Shown here: in pieces, positions 26,611 to 40,550 of the stretch
Layout: each line of letters begins with the position of its first letter
Numbering within the stretch: the stretch's first letter is position 1
NCBI RefSeq assembly: GCF_009834535.1
Contig: NC_045696.1
Span: 62,002,001-62,066,000 of the forward strand
From: Camelus ferus
Taxonomy: Eukaryota
Reading direction: 5' to 3'
DNA: 64,000 nt
The notes under the pieces: generated by a model
Seen by the model: the letters and a program-made list of their open reading frames with translations, nothing else
Told to the model about the DNA's origin: nothing
Database searches by the model: none
Position numbers and translations under genes: made by a program

Positions 26611-26826
26611 TAACAAACCCAAGGGAGCCTAATTTATTGTCCTTAGATATCAAGATTAATGACCCAAACTCTCCAAAGTTTAGGAGAAAAGCAAGTAAGT
26701 GGAAGAGCTTAAAGTTAAAGTAGGAAGAGATCAGTGGCCAAATCAGAAGTTTAACAAGGACTTCGAGCTGAAGGGAATATAAATTAAAAGTGAAAAGATA
26801 CATAACGCAAAAGCAAGAGCACTTTA

Positions 26827-26966
26827 CTTGCATTGTTTGTTTTTTTATGAGGGGGAGGTAATTAGATTGATTCCTTGATTTCCGCTTGGAGGAGGTGCTG
26901 GGGATCAAACCCAGGACCTCTTGGGTGCTGAGCATGTGCTCTCCCACTTAGCTATACCCTTCCCCC
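26827..26966 (-). mobile_element. Vic-1-type tRNA-derived SINE
   Basis: Minus strand gggggaagggtatagctaagtggg..ggtttgatcccc..ctaattacctcccc; TSD agca(a/t)gagca(c/t)ttta at 26812-26826 and 26967-26981. Confidence 0.88.
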
Positions 26967-29081
26967 AGCATGAGCATTTTAATGTCAGCAAACAAACTAT
27001 GTTCTCTTTCAGATCAAACTTTTCTTTTTCAGTAATAAACCTACTTTTATTCTTGGGTACCATATTTTGGCTATTATCCATATTTTGATTATAATCACAA
27101 GAGTGTGACCCCATCTGAGACTTATGGTCATAAGTTAAACTACAATTCTTTGCTTGTCTCCAGTCATATTCTTCTTTTTAGGGAGCAGGAATGGATGAAG
27201 GTAGCAGGTTGAACAAAGGCTGGGATTTTGCCAGTGAAGATGGAGAGGGCACGAAAGGAGACAATACATTCAAGGAAGTGACTACCATGACAAACCATAG
27301 AGGCTAAGCTAAAAAAAGTAGATAAGTAGAGGTACAAGGGGACAACCAAGTGATGGTGTCAAGTGATTGACGGTCAAAATCAGGATGAACTGTTAGAATA
27401 GGAGTAAATAAACTGATAGATGTAGTCAGAGAATGGGATGATTTAAATCAAGATTTGGGAGATCTAAATTAGTATCTTGGAAGCAAGCACCTGAGTTGGA
27501 GTGGAGGGCAGGATGGTTAGAAAAAAAGAGATTAAGAAAGAAGCCACGTTGTTGAATCAGTGTGGATTTTGGCTGGATATCACTAAGAATGACAACATGA
27601 ATAACAGTATCAAGGACAATGAGCCTGACACTAAAATCTTCAGTGACTAAACCAGACTGATGAGGACACTAGATTACTAACAGCATAAGGCATAGGCACT
27701 AAATTGAATAGTCTGATGGCAAGGGCTTCAGGAGCGCTGACAGGTAAAAATTATTTATGTAAAATGTTTTCAAAAACAAATGCTTTTTAAAAAAATGCAT
27801 AAATAAGTTATTTATGAATGGCATATGTAGTAGGAACATGAACTAAAAGTGTGAAACAAAAGTCATAATTGTAGTTGCCTAAAAAGAGAGGAGAATGGAA
27901 ACAGAACATTATGATAAAGTTGAACTAGCAAGGTAAAACACTGTGAGAAAGTTGAAGTTTAATAGTTTAATGACAGATGTTAAAAAAAAAAAAAATAAAG
28001 AAGGAAAGAAAGAGAGAAAAAGGAAGAAAAAAGCACACTACATATGCCCACAGGGAGAAAAGTCAATCATTAGTTAATTATTACTCTTTAGGACTAGCTC
28101 TTTCATTTTCATTTTTAAGTTTCATATTATTTTATATAAACAGATTTAAATAATTAGATTTAAATAAATCTAATAATTTAAATAAATTAAATAAAAGTAA
28201 CATTTTTTCCACTCCTCATATTTATTAGAAGCAGCCTGGCTATTTGTGCATTTGGCCATAATCAGGACGCCAATTCTCAATTTGTGGAACTGGCACATAA
28301 GGCAGCATAATAAATAAATAAGATTGATACTTAAATTAGTGAATAAAATAGCTTATCATTGAATTTCGTATCTAATAACAGATAAACATACATAAAGCCC
28401 TTCTATAAAGTTTCTGTGTAAGACCAACTGTATGGAAGAATTTCGAATAAGTAATAAAGTTCTTTTCTGACACTAATGCAGTATAAGACATCATCTCTGT
28501 CCATTATTATAGAGACTGAATACTATTAAGAAAATAGTTGTTATACTTGAGTAATTAATGAATCAAAGAGCAGAAGATGAAAGTGTATCACTAGAGGACA
28601 GTATATACATTTCAAAATATGAGTATTTAGCTTATAGAGATTAGTGATGGTAATGAAGTTGGACATTTTAAGACTGGAAACACTGCCATCTTAAATCACA
28701 AATATCTCTAAAATTCTACAACTTAAAAAGGCAAACTTGGAAAAGCACATTACAGAGTACATTTAAGATCTTACTACACATGGGTGTTTCTAATATTGAT
28801 TCAACATACCAAACAAATAAGTCTTTTCATTTTCCAACCAGCACAAATACATTAAAAATATATTTAAATCTCATCTCAGCTTGTACATCAAAAAAAGAAA
28901 ATCAAATAGGAAACTTAAAATTATATAAGTACTTTCATTACAATTCAATTCTAGGCAATACAACTGTATTGTGCACAAACATAGTTAGGCAATACACTAG
29001 GAGCTTGAAGTACACAGATAACATCTGTGCTCATGCAGTTCAGAGTATGGAAAAGCCCAAGTTTTAGAAATATTTTAAGTT

Positions 29082-29275
29082 ATTGTTTCTCAAAGTACAG
29101 CCCGTGAACCAGCAGCACCAGAAGCATAAGAATTATCTTGCTTGTTAAAAAAATTAATTGCTTGTTAAAGTATACTTCTGTGCTCCATCTCAAAACTATT
29201 AAAACAAAGTAAGAATCTGTATTACTTGCAAATACCTCTGGTGACTTATTTACATAAAAGTTTGAGAATCAATGC
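29082..29275. mobile_element. MER5A-like hAT-Charlie MITE
   Basis: Termini tgtttctcaaagt ... agtttgagaatcaatg; internal accagcagca, cttgttaaaa and ggtgactt. Confidence 0.65.
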
Positions 29276-29496
29276 CTTAAATATTAATTACTGCTATAAA
29301 ACAGTAAAGATGAAAAAGATCAACCCCCCTTCTAATTATGAAGATTCTGACATAAAGTTGATTTTTTAAACTTTAGGTTAAAATGCTTAATAGTTCTTTT
29401 TAAAATATTTGTATAACATTTAAACTTTATATCGGGAAACTTTCATTAAAATAAACACCCTAAGGAAATAAAATAGATTTAAGCAAACAAACTTAC

Positions 29497-29641
29497 GGTT
29501 AGTGATATCAGGTGGTGCATAGCCATCGTTCATATACATACTTGTGGGTTTTGCCACTTTCAAATAAACAAAATCAGATGTGTTCTTTAAGGCAGTTACT
29601 GCTTCTTCATGAGTAACTTCTTCTAAACACACACTATTCAC
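29497..29641 (-). CDS. DLG1: DLG1 exon, end of PDZ2 ([48 protein letters not shown])
   Basis: Lies within ORF 29420..29641; acceptor ttttag|GTG, donor C|gtaagt; 145 nt, phase 0-1; the linker peptide is DLG1-specific. Confidence 0.97.
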
Positions 29642-29669
29642 CTAAAAGAAAAGAAAATCCCAAAAGTTT

Positions 29670-30030
29670 TACTTCTGCCTTTCCAAACTGAATGTCTGTT
29701 GTTTTTTTTTTTTCTTATTGTCTTGGGTAGAATCTTTGGTACAATGTTGAATAGGAGTGATTGTGTCTTTCTAGGAATTTGTCCATTTCATCTAAGTTAC
29801 CTAATGTGTTGACACTGAGTTATTCATAAATAAAAGTATTCCCTTATGTTCTCTCTTTTATTGCTACTTTTAGAATTTGAGTCATCTATTTTTCCTTGGT
29901 CAGTCTAGCTAAAGGTTTGTTAATTTTGTTGATCTTTTCAAAGACCCAAGTTTTGGTTTTGTTGATCTCTATGGCTGTCCTATTTCCTATTTCATTAATA
30001 TCTGCTCTAATCCTTCCTTCTGCTAGAGTT
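29670..30030 (-). mobile_element. L1 ORF2 fragments just upstream of a DLG1 acceptor
   Basis: ORF 29886..30089 (INKTKTWVFEKINKINKPLARL). Confidence 0.8.
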
Positions 30031-30324
30031 AAGTTTAGACTGCTCTTCTTTTTTGTAAACATTTTTTTTTCTGCAAAGAAATAAAACACTATAAATGTTT
30101 CTAGTTTTTAAAATTACAATGTATTAAACAAATGCTCACTTTAGTATAATTTTTGATTCTATAATCAACTAGAGAAAATATTTTAATATTTTGACAAAAA
30201 TTTCTAAAGGTCACAGAACAATCCTAACTTTCCCCATTGATTATTCATAGTGCTTTGCAGGGTCATTTTTATGGTCCTACCCTACAGTGTATTGTGAAGA
30301 CTGCTTGCGTTTTGAATTATACAG

Positions 30325-30765
30325 CTGTGGTATACTGTTCTTTTGGTGGCCTACAGTGAGGTATTAGTAACTGTGATGCAAAGAGAGGATTAATAAATGC
30401 CACACATTAGAGCTGTCTTCTTGGGAAGCTCACTCTTGGTATGTCCCTCTTGGAACTTAGTCACCATCTTGCGAGAAGCCCAACTTAGCCATGTGGAGAG
30501 GCCACTGGAGAATTAAATACCTGGCTATCAGCCCCAGTTGAGCTTCCAGCTGACAGCCAAAACCAACCTGTCCACTGTGTGTGAGCCAACTTGGAAGTGG
30601 GCTCTTGGCGTTAGCTGAGCCACCCCAGTAGACATTATCTGAAGTAAAGACAGGCTGTCCTGGCCAAACCGTACCCAGACTGTAGAAGTGTAAGCAAATA
30701 AATGATTGTTGTCATTTTAGTCACTAATTTTCATGTTTTCTTATGCAGCATTAGATAGCTAATAA
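30325..30765 (+). mobile_element. MaLR solo LTR (MLT1-type)
   Basis: gccatgtggagaggcc, cagccccagttgagcttccagctgacagcc, gcaaataaatgattgttg..tatgcagcattagatagctaata. Confidence 0.75.
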
Positions 30766-30769
30766 AAGA

Positions 30770-31620
30770 AGTGACAAGATTTGCTGAGGGATTCAATGTG
30801 CAGTGGGAAATAAACTGATTCTAAAGTTTTAGACCTGGGCAGATGGAAGGATAAAGTTCCCATTTAGTGAGATACAAAGATTATGCAAAAAGCAGGATTT
30901 GGGGTGTGGGGTGTTACTGGTGCTGGGGGGTGTTGTTGTGACTTGGAGATTCATTTTTAGACATAGTTGTCCTCTGGTATCTATGGGGGAATGATTCTAT
31001 GAACCCACTGCCTCCTTCACTTTCTGCGAGGTTACCAAATCTGCGAACTTTCAAGTTCTTTATGTACAATAGTATAGTATTTGCATATAACTTATGCATT
31101 CTCTTTAAATCATCTTTAGATTACTTATAATACCTAATATAATGTAAATGCTATGTAAATAGTTGCCAGCCTACAGCAAATTCAAATTTTGCTTTCTGGA
31201 ATTTTCCCCTCCAAATATTCTCGATTCTCAGTTGGTTGAATTTGCAGATATGGAACCCACAGATACACAGGGCCAACTGTATATTAAATTTGAGATGACT
31301 CTTGAGACATACAAAAGGAGACTAAGGTTCAGAAAACAATACCTATCTCTATCAAGAACAATGAAACGCAGTAAGTTATTTGACCACCTATCAAAGAGAG
31401 AACACAAAACATAGAAGTACTGAATCCTGGATCACTTCAATACTTAGAGGTAAGGGAGAAGATGCATCAAAAAGAAGAATGAGGAGTGGCTAATGAGATA
31501 AGAAGAATAGCAAGACAGAGGGTGATTATTAGGCAAACTGGAAAAAGTGTTTTAAGAAGGAAGAAGGTGTGTCAAATGCTTGATATAACACTTAAGGTGA
31601 AAATCAGGAATTAAATAATT
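30770..31620 (-). mobile_element. L2 fragment interrupted by MER2
   Basis: Purine-rich L2-like motifs gatggaaggataaagttcccattta, ttcatttttagacat and tttgagatg. Confidence 0.5.
30964..31279 (+). mobile_element. MER2-like TcMar-Tigger MITE
   Basis: tagttgtcctctggtatc ... gatacacagggccaactg followed by TA; internal ctttagattacttataatacctaat. Confidence 0.85.
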
Positions 31621-32049
31621 TCAGTGGAATTATGGCAACAAAAGCTTCACTAAATGGTAAATCAGCATAAATTGCTGGCTCCCTACCCTAAAATTGATTC
31701 TGGAGAAACGATAAAGGAAAACATGGTATCTAAGAGATTAAAAATAAAAATGAGAAACCTAGTGGAGAAAGAAGGCTGTCTTGAACTGGTGTACGTGTGT
31801 AGGGTATGTGTGTGTGTGTACGTGATGATGAGGGGGTGCTGGCTGCACCTTGGAGAAAAGAGTAGCAAGTCACAGATGTGAGAGGGTAGGTTAGAGAAAA
31901 GCAGTTGAAGGACAGCTCCTTCCTCTTCCCTGTCATTAACTCAAAAAATAATCAGCTCCTCTTCCTAGCAGAACTATTCAAATGTCAAAAAATAAAAAAT
32001 AAAAAAGAAGAAATAACTCAAATCACTACTGTACCAGATTTAGATTATA

Positions 32050-32695
32050 TGCCTTTTCAGATTCACTTGAGCCTACCTGCCTACTAGAGGCCTTGGTTGC
32101 TTGCTTAGTGGCGAGTCCTGGCTACTGCTACTCTCTACCATTACCTCCTCTTCTGGAGTAAGGACTGGGCCTGGGCATGGCTGATATGTTCCACATATTG
32201 AGAGCTGTAACATATTAGAAGACCATGTCTGACCTGTCTAGACCATTGAGGCTCTAGCCCACCACTTCTGGATTCAGGGTAAGTGCTATGCCAGAATATG
32301 GGAGCTGGCTTCCCTAGCATTTGCCCAGAGGAGCTGGGTAACATAGTTCAGAAATCTGGGACAGTTAACCCCTGGGGAGTAGACTCTAACTAACAAGAGA
32401 TAGGAGACTAAAAGGGGCCAGCAGATAAATCCTTTCTTTTCCTTGGCTGGATCTAAGGTTTAGTGGTTCTACACTGACTGCCTGGAAGACTGTCCTACGT
32501 GACAAGCAATCAGCTACATTTTCTTATGAAATTACAGCCAGCTCAGAAACATAATACCTTGTATTGGCTTTCTCTCATTCTCTGCCTCATTTTTCATTTC
32601 ACTCACTCTAGCTTCTCTGAAGTCATACCTCCCTATAATACCTTAGCACAGTAGTTTTTTCTTCAGGTTTTGTTTTCCCAGGGAACATGTAAGAT
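32050..32695. mobile_element. ERVL-type solo LTR (LTR16/LTR33-like)
   Basis: GC-richer island with cagcagataaatcctttc and ttttccagggaacatgtaagata motifs; family assignment tentative. Confidence 0.45.
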
Positions 32696-33327
32696 AATTA
32701 TTGATGAAGTTTGAATAAATAAATTGTGATACAGTCTATAGTACCAGAACAGAATATTACATAGAGGTGAATGAATACATTTCAGCTCTAGGCAATAATA
32801 TGGCTAAGTCTCAGTAAAATAATACTGAGTGAAAAAAGTATTAAAAGACTATATACAGGACAAGAGCCTTTAAAATTTTTTCAGAACAAATAATACTAAA
32901 CAAACATGTAGGCATATGTATGTGATTAAACACTCTTTAAAAACAAAAGAATGAGAAACATAAATTGTTGATATTCTAGTTCTTGGGATGGGTAATGACT
33001 AGCAGTTTTTTTTTTTACTATATTATAAAGAAAAAAAGAAAGAAAAAAGGTCACACATGAACAAAGAATGACACTGTTATGAACCTAAGGATTATGATTA
33101 AACAATTTTGTGCATCCAAGCCTCTAACTCTTCAATAAACAAGAGAAAAAGAAAAGGAAAAAAAAGAAAAAAGAGGGGAGCTGGTAGAGGAAATGGAATT
33201 GGTAAGTGAAGATAGTAAAGAATTATTTTTCAGGTTTTGACTACTGACTCATCTAAATATCATTTAAACATTTTTGACATGCAGAAATTCCAGAGTCTGT
33301 CAGAAAAAAACATTAAAATGATTTTTA

Positions 33328-33516
<189 letters not shown>

Positions 33517-33857
33517 TCACCAATAAACGTAAACTTAAGTCCAGAAAGAAATGGCTGAAAACTAGAAGGTGATAATTTTACTGAACTAATGTTTTTCAAA
33601 GTAGAAAAGAATCTATTTACCTACTTTTAAAACCCGAAGTATTTTGTAACCAGGGGATAATCCCAAATATATGGGCCCCTAGAGTCACAAGTAAATTCCT
33701 TTTCTTCCACCCTCCAAGTTACATCTTACAGTTTCTTTGTAAATGAATTTGTTAGTGCAAAGAGATACTGTAAAATTGTTTCACTTTTGTTTCCATCATA
33801 ATTGTGTTTCTTAACTAACATTTTCAATACTTCCACAAGATTAAAACAATTGGGGGA

Positions 33858-33998
33858 CACAGGGAACTATATTCAGTATTTGTAGTAATTTTTAATGGAA
33901 AAGGATATGAAAACGAATATATGTATGTATATGCATGACTGGGACATTGTGCTGCACATCAGGAATTGACACACTGTAACTGTACTTCAGTTAAAAAA
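33858..33998 (+). mobile_element. Short lineage L1 3' end
   Basis: cacagggaactatattcagta..catgactgggacattgtgctg; approximate TSD aa.tggggga on both sides. Confidence 0.85.
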
Positions 33999-34572
33999 CT
34001 GGGGGAAAAATTTGTGGTGGTGGGCAGAACTAACAGCTTCAGGAATGTAGATGCTTCTGTTGTTTTTCAATATTCTATGAATTAATTTTAAATAAGGAAT
34101 TTCAATAATTCATAAATCCCATAGCTTCAATGCCAGACAAACTTATAGCTCTCTATTCCTTTTCCATGAAGCCACAAATTAAAAACAGTATTTCAATTTA
34201 TCCTCAATCCTATCCATGCTTTCAAAATTCAGAAATCACATCCTAACATTCCTTATTATAGATGTAACTACTGACACCCTAAAAAATATTTTCTTCTTTT
34301 AACTTATTTAGCCTGTGTACCTGCATTTAATTTACTTTGTAGATTAATGATTACAAGTTAATATCAACACTTGTATCAATGACTTCAAAGTGTTTACAAA
34401 GAATTCTACTCAAGACAAAAATCAGTAGAAATAAGAGAAATTCTAAAAATTCACTCAAGTTTTGCAGATTACCAGTATTGTTAGTTAGAATGTGTCATAA
34501 ATAACTTCATAGTTACATCTTATTCAGCGATTTCTTACTTAGTAATTTGTTTTAGTTGGATTTACTTCATAC

Positions 34573-34742
34573 CTTTAGGACCTTTAATGAGCTTTATTTC
34601 CATTATTTTTTCTGATACTGGTTTCCGTCTTTTTACATACAAGCGTACAATAGACCCTGCTTCTTTCAAAGCTTCAACTGCTTTGCTATGTGTTACATCA
34701 CGAACATCTACTTCATTTACTCGCAATATACAGTCATTGACC
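34573..34742 (-). CDS. DLG1: DLG1 exon, end of PDZ1 and start of PDZ2 ([57 protein letters not shown])
   Basis: Lies within ORF 34562..34762; acceptor cctcag|G, donor G|gtatga; 170 nt, phase 2-1. Confidence 0.97.
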
Positions 34743-35034
34743 CTGAGGAAAAAAGTATTCAAAATAAAAATTAAATATTAACAATTTAAATATCATTTCT
34801 TCACTCTGACAATTTTTCTTGTCATTTTCATTTTTTAAAATAGAGATTTATTAGAATTATTTATTAGAATAAACTGTATGTTCAATTCCAATGTATCAAA
34901 TACTCATAGAAATACAAACATTCCCAAAGGGCCAGCAAAAGTAACAGTGCAAATAGATTATTATTCAAAATATTAATGACATTGTATGATTATGTATAGA
35001 AATTATGTATAGAAATTAAGATACTTTACCAAAA

Positions 35035-35300
35035 CAGTAAATATTTACTTAGCATTAAACACATGCCAGGAACTTCTTTGAGTGTTTTAAGCCTTAAAAC
35101 AACTTGTAAGGTAGATACATATTTATATCCCTATTTTACAGATGGAGAAAATGAGGCACAAAGAGTTAAAATAACTTTCTCAAGGCCACCCAGATAATGA
35201 CTAACAGAGCAGTGATTCAAAGATAAGAAAACTGAGGCTAAGACTGAATAACTAGCTTATGGTCACAGAGATAGTAAGTGGCAAAACTGAGATTAATCCA
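35035..35300 (-). mobile_element. MIR with a second adjacent core
   Basis: tattttacagatggagaaaatgaggcaca followed by gataagaaaactgaggct..ggtcacagag. Confidence 0.75.
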
Positions 35301-36361
35301 CTGATTTAACCCAAAATAAACCGATCTCAGTTTCAACTCCATGGTATTCCATCAGAAAACAAATTAAAAAATGGTCATTTCAAATTGGGCAGAGAAGGGG
35401 AACAAAACACAATTAAAATATTTAAATTGATGATGATAAACTTCTATATCCAATTAACTTTCTTTAGAGGAAAGAAATTCTGTATCTAAAGACAGTGATA
35501 CCTTAGAGTTAGTACTATAGGTATGTTCTCCAGTGAAACAAATAGAGTATGTTAATTTTCACACAAGAATTACAAATAAAAGGCCAATAACAGAATCAGG
35601 AAGTAAATGTTTACATTTACATGAGTGGACAAATTATTAATTTTATATCTAATTTCATTAATATGCCACCTGTCATATCCAGTGATAAGTAAAGTTTAGA
35701 AACTGAAAAGCTGCATAAGGTACCAGCAGCCTTAAAATCAGAGGTTCTTTTTAACAGACTATACAAAAATCCGTAGTCCTAAAACTTCAGGAAACTCTCA
35801 CCATGTATTAAAAAAACAAACAAGGGAATAGGAAAAGTGCCACAATCTATGGCATAAGGAAGTAATAAAGTATGCTGAAGATATCCTCTGTAATGGAAGG
35901 TTAAATTTAAACAAGAGAGCAATGTACATTTATTAAATTAAGAAAATATATTAATTTATTTAAAGTTTGCATAATCTTTACTCTTTGTGGTATGGGATTC
36001 AAACTCAGATATATATGATTGCTTGTATCTCAAATAAGTTTATATACCTGTTTCCCACCCAGAAAATACATGGAAAACATTTTGTGAAAGTATTTGAAAA
36101 TATAACAGGAAAATCTATGATTTTTATAAATTTGCTCACAAATATTTAAACTATCAAACTTATTATTCAAAATGTTTAATTTCTAAGATAAAACTGAATT
36201 CCTAACTGAAAAGAGGAAAACAATGCTTAAAGCACAATGATTTCATTCATTCGATATTTGAGCATCTACCTTATGTTGGTTATTATGACAGTGTTTCTTA
36301 TTTGTATTTATTCATTGTTCAGTCTGCCACAAGAAAAATATACAAAGTGGATTTAGTATCA

Positions 36362-36547
<186 letters not shown>

Positions 36548-37516
36548 TTATCTTTATTGATAGGTTCCTGTCATTACGGGACCTAGAAACTGTACTAATA
36601 CAGGGAACATACATCATAAAGGCATATGCATAGGGAATATGGTGATTCTAAAAATAAGAAATACAAGGAAAGCTCTTTTTTCTCTATGAATTAAGAGGTA
36701 TTACTGCTAGGCAGGTAAGGTCGAAGAACAGGTACTAAGTACTTTTGGAGTCTGATCTACAGTTCTTTCTTGAAAAGTATGTGTGCAATTTGTCCTTGCA
36801 GAGGTGTCACTATTAGATCTCTTTCTTTTAGACTGCATCTTGCTCATGTTTGGTAAGGCAAATTGTTCCTAAGGAAAAAAAAACTGATGTGATCCTTCTG
36901 CTGCTATTAGTTCTATGTAGGCAATACCAATACATTATTTCAGCCTTTTACAAAAGGGATACTGGATGGTGCTTTTCTTCCGCTAACTCTGTCATCAGCT
37001 TATTTTAAAATGTATCAGCTAAGTAACACAGCCACCATCCTTGATGTGTTTAACCAAAGCACCTGACTAGCAAAAGGCTTTTTTTTTTTTTTTAAATATT
37101 GAAAACCCAACTGCAGAACATAACTTTGGTGAACTTTCTTGTCAGCAAAGTCAGTTTTGCCAAAACAGTGCTACTTCTTGCTTGTTTTTTGTACTGGATT
37201 TTTGAATAATATTTTCTTTGAAGAAAGGGTTCTACTGCTACAAAAAGGACAAGTGATCTAAGCAAAGGTATTAAATGTTTATTTTGCAAGAATGTTCTAA
37301 CTCTGGCTTTCAGGAAGCTCAAATAAGCTGGCATACGTGAATCTATTACTTAACCGTTAGTATTAAATAGCTTAAACATTCACTGTACTATGATATGTCC
37401 TAAAACTCTATTTTAACTTTTTTTTAGTCTGAACTCTACAAGAGTTACTAGAGTATCAATAACTGTATGAATAAATTGTGTGGGGCTACCAATTTACTCA
37501 GGTATTCAAGTTCTGC

Positions 37517-37815
37517 TTTTTAAAAAATTGAGATATAATTACAAATAACTGTGTAAGTTTAAGGTATAAAACACATGCTGATTTGATACATTTAAATAGT
37601 ACAGTAATGATTACCACTGTTATCAGCTAACAACTCTATGAGGTCACATGATTGTCATTTTTTGTGGTGGGAACATTTAAGATCTAGTCTCTTAGCAATT
37701 TTGAAATATGTAATACAGAACTGATGACCATATTTGCTATGCTATGCACTAGATCTCTGAAACTTACTCATCTTCTAGCTGCAGGTTTGTACCCTTTAAC
37801 AACATTTCCCCAATT
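37517..37815 (-). mobile_element. L1MA-type 3' UTR fragment
   Basis: gaacatttaagatctagtctcttagcaattttgaa..tttgtaccctttaacaacat. Confidence 0.75.
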
Positions 37816-38504
37816 CTCGGAACTCAAGGTCTTTAGTCAGTGAAAAATACAATGTTCGGTTCTGACTAAATAAAGGAATTTAAAAGGTACTAGGAAAAAA
37901 TTAAAAATGAGTAAGATAAAAGGGATAAGAGTCAAGAGATTTCAATAAAACTGGAAAAAACCAAAATGCCACATTAAAATGTGACATTAATACTGTTTAC
38001 TTGTAAGATTCAGTCATCCACCTCACTTGAACAGGTGACCTAAATTCAGGAGTAGGCAATAAAAATCTATTATACATGTAAAAGATTCTTTCAGGTCTAT
38101 TTTCACTCAGTCTATTCTGGCTTCAAACATAAATAAATCTAATTATACAGGATTTTAGTCTTAAACCTACATTCAGTTGCTTAGAAAATTTACTTGTATG
38201 GAACACTTCACCCCCAAAAATGCTGGTCAGACAAGGTGGTATTGCTAAAGTACAGTATAAATTGAGCAGATATTCTTAAGGAGAAAAATATATTAAGAAA
38301 ATTTAAACATCTGAATTGTATCCTTATTTTCTGACTGGGGGAATTCATGAGAAGTTTTCAACAAAGTCTTTTCCATTAAATCTACGATTATTATTTTGCT
38401 GGGAAAGAAAACTGACAGAATGACCATGTTACTAGGATACTAAATACTTATTTAAAATAAATAATATTTTATTGTATGAAAAATAAATAAAAATAAAAAC
38501 TGAG

Positions 38505-38800
38505 AAAAATCTGAGAAACTGTCAGCCTAGAGGAGCCTAAGGAGACATAATAACTAAATGTAATATGGTATTCTAGATGGGACCCTGGGAGAGAAAACCA
38601 TAAAAACTAAGCAAATTCAAATGAAGCATAGACTTCAGTTAATAATAATGTATCAATATCGGTTCATTAGTTGAAATAAATGTATTCTAGTAACGCAAAA
38701 TGTTAACAATAGGTGAGACTGAGTCCAGGGTAAATGGAGACTGACTGTACAACTTTTCTATAAATCTAAAAGTATGTTAAATAAAAAGTTTATTTTTAAA
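38505..38800 (+). mobile_element. L1MC/MD-type 3' end
   Basis: ggagcctaaggagacataataactaaatgtaat..ttaataataatgtatcaatatcggttcatt..aataaaaagttta. Confidence 0.75.
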
Positions 38801-39006
38801 AAGATGTTATTAAAGAAAAGCAACATGTTCTGAAAAATGCCACAGCTAATTTTATGACATGTGGACTTATTAAAGAAATGAATACTATATGGTTCTGTTT
38901 TTGAACGATGATCTTCCTTGGATTCTATATGAAAGAGCAGTATATTTAATGAGTTCTTTAAAGCAACAAATTTATGCATAAAAACAAGATAATTAACAGT
39001 TTTTAC

Positions 39007-39057
39007 CCTTTCAAGTGTGATTTCTTCATATTCATAATCTGCATCAGTGCCGTTAAC
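39007..39057 (-). CDS. DLG1: DLG1 exon, start of PDZ1 (VNGTDADYEYEEITLER)
   Basis: Acceptor cattag|GTT, donor AGG|gtaaaa; 51 nt; peptide matches DLG1 as I recall it. Confidence 0.96.
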
Positions 39058-39309
39058 CTAATGGGGGAAAAAGAAGTAGCACAGAAATTTAGAGTAAAAT
39101 GTAAAATGGCAAGATATAATTTTGCACGACTTCTTAACGAAAAACGTTAAATATGATAGTAATCAAATAATACAGTTTCATTTTAATAATTTAAGGAAAG
39201 ATTTCAAGGAATGCAAAAGTACAAATGTGATTAAAGAGTTGACATTCATGGTACTATGACTTTCAAATGCAGAAAGGGTACAGTTAGCTTTTAATACTAG
39301 TTGAATTCC

Positions 39310-39850
39310 TATTCTCATCTCTGCCTTAATCCATACATCTAATCAGTTGCCAATTCTTACTGATTTAAATACTTCATTTTTTGTTGGAAAGCCACCATCT
39401 CTTCATTTGCATTTCTATTACCTTTGTTCAAGCCTTTGTTAATCTCTTCTGGATTACTACAAATGTAATCTACCCCATCTCTTAGACTGGTATTCTACAC
39501 TGCTCAAATCATTCTAATGTGTTTTACGCAGATGGATCTTTATGGAGCCCATATATAGTAACATACTTCCCCTAAAACGTTCAGAAACTCTCATACAAGA
39601 CTGTATGAACTGACCCCAATCTATCACTCAACTTCATTCCTAACGTATGTTTCTCATGAGCTTATACACCATCAGATTTGAATGACTTGCTCCTTCCTTT
39701 ACATATCCTGCAAGTTCCTACCTCCACATCTGTTACTTTAGTGCTTCCTGTCATAAATTTCAGTTATGTATTTCATGTTCAAGTTTGATTCACCATTCAA
39801 ATTCCTGCTCACATCACAAAGACCAAGAATTTTCTCTCATTCCTTCTAAT
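39310..39850 (+). mobile_element. L2 fragment
   Basis: acatctaatcagttgccaa and tctggattactac in pyrimidine-rich L2-like sequence. Confidence 0.45.
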
Positions 39851-40011
39851 TTATTCCTTATACCCTCCTGGAAGAAGTAATTCCCACAGTGAGAGCCAAT
39901 GGTGAAGGCTGAATAGTCCTTGGAATCAGATTAACTTGGATTCAAATCATTGCTTTAACATTTCTGGTGATATGAAGCCAGGGAAAATAATCTAGTCAGT
40001 CAAACAGGGAC

Positions 40012-40550
40012 TGTGATAAACTGCATTCTCTAGATGCTACCTATCTTCCATGCTAACATGCTCTTTTGCAATATGGTTAAACCATCCTACCATCAAGCGA
40101 TGTTATCTATTTCCCCTTCCTTTGGATCTAGGCAGATCCTAAATGAGCTCTGTTAAAAAGAATGTGGCACAAAAAATGCTGTGTGGTTTCTGAATCTAGG
40201 TCATGTGATGCCCTTGTATTGTTTGCCTTCGTCTTAGAATGCACTTTCTTAGAATCCAGAAGCTATAATGTGAGGAAGTTCAAGTACCTATGAGGAGATT
40301 CAAATGAAGGAGCAACAAGACCCCTGACCAATAACCCCAGGTGCACTTCTAACCAGCAGCTAGCACCAACTGCTAGCCATGTGAATGAGGCTATTTTATT
40401 TTGGATCTTCCAGTCTTTTCCAGTGCCCCACTCAAGATCATGTAAAGCAGAGCTATCCACTTAACCCAGAAAATCATCAGAAATAATGAATTAATTTTAA
40501 GCCACTAAGTTTCAGGGTGATTTGTTATACAGCAACAGAATAATGAAACA
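40012..40550 (+). mobile_element. MaLR solo LTR (MLT1F/G/H-like)
   Basis: tgtgataaactg ... caccaactgctagccatgtgaatgagg ... ttttaagccactaagtttcagggtgatttgttatacagcaa..aca. Confidence 0.8.

Noticed and set aside
34845..35020. Short tandem micro-duplications (also near 10665, 22540, 40535, 61717, 63280)
   Set aside because: Ordinary slippage products in AT-rich DNA, with no array or spacer structure.
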